Shown: piece after piece, positions 42,039 through 50,521 of the stretch | Layout of the letters: each line of letters begins with the position of its first letter | How positions within the stretch are numbered: position 1 is the first letter of the stretch | Source of the DNA: a virus | Lineage: Duplodnaviria > Heunggongvirae > Uroviricota > Caudoviricetes | DNA length: 64,000 nucleotides | Reading direction: 5' to 3' (one strand) | IMG/VR virus record: IMGVR_UViG_3300022918_000010 | Notes under the pieces: generated by a model | Told to the model about the DNA's origin: nothing | The model's input: only the letters and a program-made list of their open reading frames with translations | Databases searched by the model: none | Made by a program: the position numbers and the translations under genes

Positions 42039-43177
42039 TATATAGTTTTTATAATAATAGGGTTATCAAATTGGGTAGCATATTCTGTATCATAAAATCT
42101 TAGAGATCCCACTGTAATAGCAGGTCCAAACAAATCATCAGTTGAACCTATAAATCCATTATTAATTGGTACAATACTATCCTGCCATTTTGTTTTAATT
42201 GGTTCCATTAATTTCTCTGCAAACCAAACATATCCTAAACCTGTAGCATTCTGGAATGGTAATGTATAAGCACTTTGATTATTATTTATTACAATATAAG
42301 ATGATGCTAATATTTGAGATTCATTAAGAACTGTATCATCAGATTTAAATCCATAGTATACTCTATATTCTTCAGATAATATATTTACAGTAACATTATC
42401 AGAATAAGAATTACTATTAGAATCAAATACTGTTAATTTTAATAAATAAACACCTTCTGTAGTTGCAGTATAATTAGTTGTTAAGCTAGTTGGATTACTA
42501 AATGTAATGCTAGGACCTGAAATTTTAGACCATATATAATTTATGATAGGATAAGTACCTGGTGTTACTGTACCCGATAATGTACCCGAAACTATAGGAT
42601 ATTGTTTATTTTGATCTGTACCTGCATTTACTATTGGATCTACTGGAGATATACCACTAGAGAAGAATTTTATTTTTGTAGTCTCATCTACATAATATTT
42701 ATCTCTTGTTAAATAATAATCATAGCTTCCTATAGTTTTTTTATTTCTCCAAATAACATCTGGTATAGTTCCATTATTGTTATCGTTATTATACCAATTT
42801 GTAAAAATTGGTTCATCAGAAGGAATTCTCCAAAATAAATACTTTCCAGCAGAAGATTGTGTAAAATCTAATTCGACTTCTAAACTTCCTTTATCATATG
42901 TAGATTGAAATTGAAAGAATAAACTCTCTTCTGATTCAAATGGATCAGTATCTACATATCCCCATAATAAATTATATGTAGTTGGTATAGGTGTAGGATT
43001 ATAAATATCATCTAAATTTTTACACCATTCTAATAACTCATATCTAATAATAGCTAAGTCATCACATACTGGTCTAGAACATCTTTTAATTCCGAATCTT
43101 AATTTATAGAAACGATCAGATATAGCATCAGTAAAATCATTAAGTATTTTAGATTCTAAATCTAATATATTCTTCAT
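42038..43177 (-). CDS. Tail hub-like protein with PKD/Ig-like domain
   Basis: VNAGTDQ...YIWSKISGP...GVYLLKLTVFD...SDNVTVNI is a PKD/K319L-like Ig fold; short helical N-terminus. Confidence 0.55.
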   Translation of the reverse strand: MKNILDLESKILNDFTDAISDRFYKLRFGIKRCSRPVCDDLAIIRYELLEWCKNLDDIYNPTPIPTTYNLLWGYVDTDPFESEESLFFQFQSTYDKGSLEVELDFTQSSAGKYLFWRIPSDEPIFTNWYNNDNNNGTIPDVIWRNKKTIGSYDYYLTRDKYYVDETTKIKFFSSGISPVDPIVNAGTDQNKQYPIVSGTLSGTVTPGTYPIINYIWSKISGPSITFSNPTSLTTNYTATTEGVYLLKLTVFDSNSNSYSDNVTVNILSEEYRVYYGFKSDDTVLNESQILASSYIVINNNQSAYTLPFQNATGLGYVWFAEKLMEPIKTKWQDSIVPINNGFIGSTDDLFGPAITVGSLRFYDTEYATQFDNPIIIKTI

Positions 43178-43314
43178 TAGGATTCTTTAACTTTTTCTTG
43201 TTGTAGTTTTAATTCATATGCTGCTACACAGGCAGAACATACACTTACTCCATTTGATGCTGTTCTTAATTTACAAGAACAAGATAAATTTGCTTTACAG
43301 TTATTACAGATCAT
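43177..43314 (-). CDS. Small Cys-rich putative zinc-binding protein (45 aa)
   Basis: Hand-translated: MICNNCKANLSCSCKLRTASNGVSVCSACVAAYELKLQQEKVKES; stop overlaps the next ATG (TAATG). Confidence 0.7.
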   Translation of the reverse strand: MICNNCKANLSCSCKLRTASNGVSVCSACVAAYELKLQQEKVKES

Positions 43315-43329
43315 AATTATTGGTTTTAA

Positions 43330-43872
43330 TTATTTACAGCAGCTTTTTTGATAAGCTGTTAATTTTTTATTAGCATATTTGAATAGATCTATACCATCTG
43401 ATAATAGATTATAATATTCTACTTTAGCTTTAGCTACATCTACAAATGATTTAAATTCTCTTAAATCATGTAATCTTTTCTTTAAACAATCATCAGTTGG
43501 ACAACCTTGTAGTTCTAGTAATCCTAGTTCTTTAAAATAAGAATTCAATGTATTTGTTACTCTTAAATAATTATATTCTACAACTACTTCAGTATTAGGA
43601 GATACAGAATATTTTATATTATATACTCCATCAGGGATAGTATATTGAACTTCTCCACAATCTTCACTTTGAAAACCTAGACTACAAGCATTTAATACTA
43701 AAGAAAAATTAGGATTAACCTCTATCTGTACAGGATTTATAAATCCTGGTCCTGTAATTTGTAGATAACCACAAGTAACTTGAAGATCTTCTACATAAGT
43801 AGAAGTATCAATAACTCTTAATATTTTACAATTATAAGTATCAGGAACTTCAAGACTTAATTGGTGTTTCAT
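43330..43872 (-). CDS. Conserved crAss-like structural protein (tail hub-like)
   Basis: 180 aa; IPDGVYNIKYSVSPN motif; synteny after the auxiliary capsid gene. Confidence 0.5.
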   Translation of the reverse strand: MKHQLSLEVPDTYNCKILRVIDTSTYVEDLQVTCGYLQITGPGFINPVQIEVNPNFSLVLNACSLGFQSEDCGEVQYTIPDGVYNIKYSVSPNTEVVVEYNYLRVTNTLNSYFKELGLLELQGCPTDDCLKKRLHDLREFKSFVDVAKAKVEYYNLLSDGIDLFKYANKKLTAYQKSCCK

Positions 43873-43895
43873 AAGGATTTTTATAGGGAGTACTC

Positions 43896-43907
43896 ATTAT
43901 AATATAC
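43896..43907 (-). promoter_or_regulatory. Candidate late promoter core GTATATTATAAT
   Basis: Lies between the terminator at 43928-43962 and the ATG at 43872. Confidence 0.5.
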
Positions 43908-43927
43908 ATATATTATTCTAATAAATG

Positions 43928-43962
43928 AAACAAAAAAGGGGAGAACCTAAGTCCACCCCTTT
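43928..43962 (-). terminator. Rho-independent terminator after the auxiliary capsid gene
   Basis: AAAGGGGTGGAC/GTTCTCCCCTTT stem followed by TTTGTTT. Confidence 0.8.
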
Positions 43963-43983
43963 AATTATTTATTGATATTAGTA

Positions 43984-45372
43984 TTAGAATTGCTCTAATG
44001 CTGTCGGATTACCACCAGCAGTTAAAATGTTACTTACTAAAGTAGTAAATGTAGTAGTAACAGTACCTGTTGGTACATTAACAACTAATAGGTATTGATC
44101 ATCATCAAATGTACCTGATGGGTTATTAAACCTTGGAACACTGTGTAGAATACACACTTGATCATAAAGACCTGTTCTAGCTACAGTACCCAATGATGGA
44201 TCAAGTTGAACTTCTCTCATCCTTAAACTATCAACAGATGCTCCTTCAGGGAACGGATCTTGAAGATAACGCATGAATAAAGTAAGATCTCTTAATACTG
44301 ATTCACCAGTTCCAGATGCTTGACGAGCAGCTTGAATCTCAGTTACACCAACACCAGTTGAACTATTAATTATATTTTTAACTGCACATGGATCACCTGT
44401 TTCATCTACAGCAGATACATATAGACGTAATGGAGCTAATTCATAATGATCAGTTACTGAGAAAGTACAATCACCAAATTTAGTATCCTCATAAGCAGCT
44501 TCAATCCTTAGATGACCAACTACAGCAGCAGCACCAGCTCCAGTTACTGGAACATAAGTACCAGCTACGAGAGGTTTAGAGAATTGAATTGCAACTCCTG
44601 TACCAGCAGCAGTGCTTGGTTTATCAACAGTTACTTGAGTACCTGAATCAACAGTTACTACTTTAGCACCAGCTCCAACACCAGGACCAGTCACATAATC
44701 ACCAACAGCTACACCAGCTGTAGAAGCTAATGCTGTAATCCTTACGTTAGCAGGAGCAGCAGCTACAGAAGTAGTACCTGTAGTAGCCAATGAGTTATTC
44801 AATACATATGCTCTAACAAAAAGAGATATAATTGGGTCTTCATTAATTTGAGCAGCCCATTGTAACAAAATTACATTCTCATCTACTGGATCACCATTAC
44901 ATGGTGCATCACAACCATCAGCACAGCAACCTGCAAATGCATCTAGTGTATGATAAGCATTACGTTTTAGAGTTCTTAAAGCAGGAGATCCTTTAATATC
45001 TAACCTCAGTTGATAAGTATTTCCACAAGTAATATCTAAACCAGATACATCAATAATTTGACTTAATGGTGTAACAGCATTTACTTTAAAGAAACGACTA
45101 ACATACTTAGGGTTAATTGTTTTTGATTTGATAGATTCTTTATATCCACCATGAAACTTACCAATTTTATCTTGAGTACGGTAACTACCTTGAGCTAAGA
45201 TAAAAGGTTGATTAACTGCACCAGCAGCTGCAATAGCAGCATAGGTCTTAGCATCAAACAATCCCAACTGTCCAGCAGTTAGATCTTGAGTTGATCCTGT
45301 AGTTCTTAAAGATATAGCACCTGCATTTACTGCTGATACGTATACTTTTTTAAATGCATGATTAAAATACAT
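43984..45372 (-). CDS. Probable auxiliary capsid protein (crAss001 gp36-like) with a Gly/Ala/Thr-rich inserted domain
   Basis: 462 aa; codon usage resembles the MCP (many CGT/ACT/GCT); followed by a strong terminator; synteny. Confidence 0.55.
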   Translation of the reverse strand: MYFNHAFKKVYVSAVNAGAISLRTTGSTQDLTAGQLGLFDAKTYAAIAAAGAVNQPFILAQGSYRTQDKIGKFHGGYKESIKSKTINPKYVSRFFKVNAVTPLSQIIDVSGLDITCGNTYQLRLDIKGSPALRTLKRNAYHTLDAFAGCCADGCDAPCNGDPVDENVILLQWAAQINEDPIISLFVRAYVLNNSLATTGTTSVAAAPANVRITALASTAGVAVGDYVTGPGVGAGAKVVTVDSGTQVTVDKPSTAAGTGVAIQFSKPLVAGTYVPVTGAGAAAVVGHLRIEAAYEDTKFGDCTFSVTDHYELAPLRLYVSAVDETGDPCAVKNIINSSTGVGVTEIQAARQASGTGESVLRDLTLFMRYLQDPFPEGASVDSLRMREVQLDPSLGTVARTGLYDQVCILHSVPRFNNPSGTFDDDQYLLVVNVPTGTVTTTFTTLVSNILTAGGNPTALEQF

Positions 45373-45408
45373 AGGTTATAAAAATTTAGGGTTATAAATA
45401 AAAAAATT

Positions 45409-46107
45409 TTAATTGTTTCTTTCAGCTTGTGCTGATAATCTTTGTGTTTGTATACTTTCTAAGTCACCAGTTATAATTGCTGCTGCCTCGTCTACTATTA
45501 ATTCTACTATATCTGTTTTGAATTCACACTCCTGTTCAATAGTATTATTCTCACCAGTATCAAGATTTATAGTTCCTAAAAATTTAATTTCTTTAGGTTG
45601 TCTATAATATATAAGTTTTGGTTCCTTTAAAATAAATTCTCCATTAGTATATATTCTAACCTTGTTATTAATTAAGGTACAAAAAGTTTCTCTCCAATCA
45701 AAACTTGGTTTATAATTTTCATCAGATAATAATAATTCTGTATTAGCTTCCTCTGTTAAAAATACTTTAAATCCATCTACAGTACATTTATCTTTAGTAC
45801 CTTGTATAATTACTTTATTAAATTCAAAGTAATCTTTGGGTAGATTGGTAGATTCAAAATATATACTAGTAGATTCTCCAGTAAGTTTATATGGTGTTAA
45901 TAATTGTTGTAAGTCATCAATTCTCCTAATACTTTGTTCAGCTCCTTCACGATATTGATTTCCACCATGTAATTGTCTCCTACAGAACTCTGTCTGAGCC
46001 TTATTCATAGCTTCCTGAATTACCCAACTTTCTAAGTTATCATAGTCATTACTGTCTATTTTATTACAACGTTGTTTAACCTTTATCTGAACTTTATTAT
46101 TAGTCAT
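45409..46107 (-). CDS. Tail ring protein (crAss001 gp34/gp35-like)
   Basis: 232 aa; NKAQTEF...RRIDDLQQLL...LIYYRQP...ELIVDEAA pattern; synteny downstream of the MCP. Confidence 0.6.
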   Translation of the reverse strand: MTNNKVQIKVKQRCNKIDSNDYDNLESWVIQEAMNKAQTEFCRRQLHGGNQYREGAEQSIRRIDDLQQLLTPYKLTGESTSIYFESTNLPKDYFEFNKVIIQGTKDKCTVDGFKVFLTEEANTELLLSDENYKPSFDWRETFCTLINNKVRIYTNGEFILKEPKLIYYRQPKEIKFLGTINLDTGENNTIEQECEFKTDIVELIVDEAAAIITGDLESIQTQRLSAQAERNN

Positions 46108-46115
46108 AATTTATG

Positions 46116-47132
46116 TTATGCATTCCAATATTTTTCTGTTTTAGCAGTAATGTCTTTTAAGATTTCTTCATTAAGAGGATTCTTTAAGTATTCTACTACA
46201 TCAGCTAATGTTCTTCCCATTAAAGCTGAACTCTGCATATGATATATAAAACCATCTGACTTAGTAGCTATCTGTTTAAAGTATGAAGCATCTTTAGCTA
46301 AAGCTTTAAGTTTCAATGTTTCCATATCTAACTCTGATGTTTCTAAAAACTTAGTAGCTGTTTTACGTTTATCTTTATCAATAAGTTCTCCAGCAATATA
46401 TCTATCCATATTATCATATATAATATCATTAGGAGTAGATTTCTTATATTGAGCACTATCTGGATCTAGAATCTTAGCAACATAAAATAACTTATTCTGA
46501 TTTTTATCAAATAGTTTTTGTAACTCTGCTGCTGCTTTATTTCTAAGTTTTTTAACTTCAGTATTTGTATTAGCTGTTTTTTCTAGTTTATCTAAATAGA
46601 ACTTAGGAGGAGTTGCCATACTTCTAGCTTCTTCTAATGATTTAGCTACTATAGAGAATCCTCCAGCTTCAATTGCATATAATTTAATAAGATCAAATGG
46701 ATCTTTATCAGGCTCTAAGAAGATGGGTTGATTACCACATCTAATCTTAATTTTATCCCAAAACTCATGATTGTCTGCTCTTACTATTTTTAATTTACTA
46801 TAAAAATCTTTATCATTAACATCAATTACATTCCCTGCTAATTCACCTTCTATAGAAGATAATACAGATCTAATCTGCTTACCTTTTGCTTCTCTTTCAT
46901 CTTCTGGGAGTTTCTTAACTTCAATTGCATGTTCGTTAAGTCCTGTTAAGTATCTTTTAATACCATTCTGTTCTAAACATGCTAATTGTTCTTCATGTAT
47001 TGCTCCATCAAATAATGATAAACCATATTTCTGAAGTCCCATATTATCTACACTTGGATCAAAATATGGTCTGATAGCTATTGTAGAACGTTTATTATGT
47101 TGATGTTTCTCAACTAATGTAAATTCACTCAT
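46116..47132 (-). CDS. Conserved crAss-like protein following the MCP
   Basis: 338 aa helical protein at the conserved position directly after the MCP. Confidence 0.55.
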   Translation of the reverse strand: MSEFTLVEKHQHNKRSTIAIRPYFDPSVDNMGLQKYGLSLFDGAIHEEQLACLEQNGIKRYLTGLNEHAIEVKKLPEDEREAKGKQIRSVLSSIEGELAGNVIDVNDKDFYSKLKIVRADNHEFWDKIKIRCGNQPIFLEPDKDPFDLIKLYAIEAGGFSIVAKSLEEARSMATPPKFYLDKLEKTANTNTEVKKLRNKAAAELQKLFDKNQNKLFYVAKILDPDSAQYKKSTPNDIIYDNMDRYIAGELIDKDKRKTATKFLETSELDMETLKLKALAKDASYFKQIATKSDGFIYHMQSSALMGRTLADVVEYLKNPLNEEILKDITAKTEKYWNA

Positions 47133-47156
47133 ATTGTTGGTTTTTGGTTTAATATA

Positions 47157-47220
47157 TAAGACTTTAGTCTTATTGATCCCCTGAAGAGTTACGAGCTCTT
47201 CAAGATACGTAATCAGGGGA
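47157..47220 (-). other. Stem-loops 3' of the MCP gene (mRNA stability or processing element)
   Basis: TCCCCTGA/TCAGGGGA outer stem with TTACG/CGTAA and TGAAGAG/CTCTTCA inner pairings, then a TAAGAC/GTCTTA hairpin; no U tract. Confidence 0.5.
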
Positions 47221-47231
47221 TTTATTATTAT

Positions 47232-48845
47232 TTAGAATGATCCACCAGTAATTGGGTTTCTCATTACAATTTTCAATACTTTAGTAGGATCTTTAACCCA
47301 TACTGCTGGCATTGTTTGACTCATCATTACACGGTAACCATTGAATTGACCTGATGATTGGAACCCTTGAGTACGACCCATATAATCCATCGTACCATTT
47401 TGATACCACCATTTCAATTGATTATCCCATTTAAGTTTCAACAAGAAGATGTTGTCATTAGTATTATCAGTGATATCAAAGATAATAAAGTTATATGAAC
47501 TTAGTGGGAAACCATCTATAATTGGATTCTCAATATCACTTGTATGAATATTATCAAATGCTGGATTCAATACAAATTGTACGTTAGCCAAGAATGGAAT
47601 AATATAAGAAGTGTATGAGTAACCAAAGTTTAGATCCATACCTTGACCTGAGATAGCACCAATATCACTAGCATTAATTACTAAACCAGAGTTAACTGCT
47701 TCACGTTTAATAGCTTCATTGATCAATTTCATACCACCCATACCAGTTTGAACAACTAGTTTACGTTTTGGATCTGGTCCTTTAAACTCAACTTTACCAT
47801 TGTAGAAATTAAATAATTCAGATTTGAACAAATCTAAAGTAAATGAACCTTTGTTATAGATACGTTTATAAGCATTATCTAATTGTTTCCAAAGACCCAC
47901 AGATAATCTCATATCATCTGGACCATCTTGTTTAATCCTACCACCATGTCCCCACATTAAATAAGATTCAATATCATTAGATATTTTACTTAAGTGAGCT
48001 GATTCAAGGTTGGTTAAGAAGGTACGTGACAATGTTCCTTTTGCATAAGCATTTTTAACATAGTCTTTACCCATTTTATTAGCCATATCTTCAATAGAAG
48101 TAATTGAAGGATCAATACCTTTATCAAAGTTACGCCATACTTCTGTTACAGGAATAGTACCTGAAGCAGTCATACCACCTTTGATCATTAGATCTGCTCT
48201 GGAAGAAATAGAATAATGAACGTGTGCTTCTGATCCACCAACATAGTTATAGAATTCACGGAATCCTGAACCTACTTGGATATCAGAGAAACGTTCTCCA
48301 TATTCACCCCTAGCAGAACCTTTACGGAAGAATTGAGTTCCAGTTTTAAGATACTTGTTATCCAAGAACTTAAGACTGTCATTGTTAACTAGGGTTACAG
48401 TATGAATCCATCCATCACCAGTTGGGATAGTATCTTCAGCTGTAATATAAAGCTCTGCACCATTGTATTTATCATAACTGATAATATCACCATGTCCAAA
48501 CCTTTTATTTAATTTAATCTGAAATGGTTTACCATCAATACCTTTTGTAGTATTTCCTGGTTCTACATCTTCCAGAATATAAGGAAGATCCTGAACTACT
48601 GGTACAGACCATTTGTATTCACCACGAGTATTATCTACTTCGATAACGTTCTTTCCACCAAATGAACTCATTTGATATAGTGGCATTTCTACTTTCTGAG
48701 CCATTGCCCATAAATCCACTGGACCTAAATCCATAGGATCAGAGCTTTTTAGCATCTGAGTCATGTGATAGGAATCCACATGTGAGCTCACTTCATATTG
48801 AGTATCACGTAGGAAAATCCCGTTATTCAAAGTTGGTGTTGCCAT
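47232..48845 (-). CDS. Major capsid protein (HK97 fold, crAss-like)
   Basis: 537 aa; MATP...LRDT.Y.VSSHVDSYH N-terminus and IENDIESYLMWG-like region typical of crAss-like MCPs; position after portal and scaffold. Confidence 0.85.
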   Translation of the reverse strand: MATPTLNNGIFLRDTQYEVSSHVDSYHMTQMLKSSDPMDLGPVDLWAMAQKVEMPLYQMSSFGGKNVIEVDNTRGEYKWSVPVVQDLPYILEDVEPGNTTKGIDGKPFQIKLNKRFGHGDIISYDKYNGAELYITAEDTIPTGDGWIHTVTLVNNDSLKFLDNKYLKTGTQFFRKGSARGEYGERFSDIQVGSGFREFYNYVGGSEAHVHYSISSRADLMIKGGMTASGTIPVTEVWRNFDKGIDPSITSIEDMANKMGKDYVKNAYAKGTLSRTFLTNLESAHLSKISNDIESYLMWGHGGRIKQDGPDDMRLSVGLWKQLDNAYKRIYNKGSFTLDLFKSELFNFYNGKVEFKGPDPKRKLVVQTGMGGMKLINEAIKREAVNSGLVINASDIGAISGQGMDLNFGYSYTSYIIPFLANVQFVLNPAFDNIHTSDIENPIIDGFPLSSYNFIIFDITDNTNDNIFLLKLKWDNQLKWWYQNGTMDYMGRTQGFQSSGQFNGYRVMMSQTMPAVWVKDPTKVLKIVMRNPITGGSF

Positions 48846-48886
48846 AATTGAATTATTGTTTTGTTTTAAGTTAATTAATTAATTGT

Positions 48887-50173
48887 TTATCTTTTAAAAA
48901 TATTTGTTTGTCTTGTAGGTTTTAAACTTCTAGATTTATCTTCTAAAACTCCAGAACCTGTAACTTTTTTACGTGATTCTTCAGTTTTTAACTTTCTTGC
49001 TACATCTTCTATAACTGAATTCTTACTAACTTTTGCAAGATTCTCTCTATATTCAGTTGGATTAGAAAGTAACCATAATGCTTCAGCTATAAGGGCTTGA
49101 TTAGGTTCAACAAATTGATACTTTTCAAGTAAATGTCCTAGTAAATTAGTAGGATTACCATTAACTGAAGTATATTGAGGTTTAACTAAACCAGTATATA
49201 ATTGAGATTGTACTTTTTTATCTAGTTTAATACCATTTAATTCACCAGTTTTTAGAGCTTCAAAAGTATTGTTTACATATGTAGTAGCAGCTTCCTCTTG
49301 TTTTTTCTTATTAAGTTCTTGAGTTGCAATTCTGTTAGCAACTTGTTGTTCTTGCATAGCATCTAACTTAGGTTTAAATTGTTTAGCTTTCTTTTCTAAA
49401 CTACCTAGATTCTTCCACTCATCTATTTCTTCATCAATTTCAGATTCATCTCCAAAATTAGTAGCTAATAGATAGTTCCTAACTATATGTTCTTGATCAT
49501 CTTCAGCTTCTGGATCTAATGATCTAGTTTCTTCTACATGAGCCAATGCTTTAAATAAACCTTTAAGATCATCTCCACCATCCATTACATACTTTGCAGC
49601 ATATTGTAATTCCTTTGGTAGGGAATCATAAAACTGTTGTGGAGTTTCTACTGCAACCTTAGTTTTAATAGTATCCATATTAGCTTTCCATAGCTCTTCA
49701 ATATCATTTTCAGACATTGCACCTAAATACTCATCTAAATCTCCAGTCTCATCATCAAAGTCATCAAATGTTTCCATTTCTTTCTCTGTAATACGTTTCT
49801 TTAAAAACTCTACTAGTCCAGATTTTTCTGTTTTAGGTCTACCACCTTTAGATTTATCTACTTGTTGTTCAGTTTCTAAATCATCAGCAGGTTCATTTGT
49901 TAGTTCATTTAAAAAGTCATCCGACTTCTGAGTGATTTTTTCTGTTTTAACAGAACCATCTTCATTTAGTTCCTCTTTTTGAACTATAATTTCATCAACC
50001 TTATCAACATCATCAATAAAGTCTAAATTAAGTTTTTCTCTAGGAGCAAATATATTAGATGGTTTTACTTTAGTATCTTTTGGTAATGTAATTTGATCAC
50101 CTCCTGGAGCAGCTAACCAAGAATCTATATCTAGATCTACTTCTTGAGTTATAATTGTATTTTCTGTGGACAT
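48887..50173 (-). CDS. Acidic coiled-coil protein, probable capsid scaffold / assembly protein
   Basis: 428 aa, very D/E-rich, directly upstream of the MCP. Confidence 0.55.
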   Translation of the reverse strand: MSTENTIITQEVDLDIDSWLAAPGGDQITLPKDTKVKPSNIFAPREKLNLDFIDDVDKVDEIIVQKEELNEDGSVKTEKITQKSDDFLNELTNEPADDLETEQQVDKSKGGRPKTEKSGLVEFLKKRITEKEMETFDDFDDETGDLDEYLGAMSENDIEELWKANMDTIKTKVAVETPQQFYDSLPKELQYAAKYVMDGGDDLKGLFKALAHVEETRSLDPEAEDDQEHIVRNYLLATNFGDESEIDEEIDEWKNLGSLEKKAKQFKPKLDAMQEQQVANRIATQELNKKKQEEAATTYVNNTFEALKTGELNGIKLDKKVQSQLYTGLVKPQYTSVNGNPTNLLGHLLEKYQFVEPNQALIAEALWLLSNPTEYRENLAKVSKNSVIEDVARKLKTEESRKKVTGSGVLEDKSRSLKPTRQTNIFKR

Positions 50174-50282
50174 ATTATTGTTGGTTTAAATAATCTCTAC
50201 ATTAATAATATAAGATTTTAAACTTATAAACTTTAAACTACAATAATATTACTATATCGGTTGTAGGATGATATAGCTATAC

Positions 50283-50513
50283 TTATGGATTTATAATTCC
50301 AGCAGCTCTCAATTTTGCTAATAAAGAATTAAAGTCATTTACTAACCCAGCAACATCAACAGCTGTAGAGTTAGGTTGAGCTGCACCTTTATTTGCAGTT
50401 AGTTTAGTATCAAGACCTGTTTGTATATTACTATTAGATTTTTGTAAACTACCTAAAGCAGACCAAAGCTTTTTAATGTTATCTATAGTAGGATAATATT
50501 TTAAATTTGTCAT
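50283..50513 (-). CDS. Head fibre (trimeric) protein
   Basis: C-terminal AAQPNSTAVDVAGLVNDFNSLLAKLRAAGII matches the phage head-fibre motif; adjacent to portal like crAss001 gp21. Confidence 0.7.
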   Translation of the reverse strand: MTNLKYYPTIDNIKKLWSALGSLQKSNSNIQTGLDTKLTANKGAAQPNSTAVDVAGLVNDFNSLLAKLRAAGIINP

Positions 50514-50521
50514 ATAATTAA

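Noticed and set aside
1284-46107. Short plus-strand ORFs in the track (for example 1284-1532, 2791-3045, 4750-5154, 34890-35159, 37200-37619) and the nested minus-strand 19180-19419
   Set aside because: They lie antisense to, or out of frame inside, long motif-bearing genes and have shadow-ORF composition with no independent signals.
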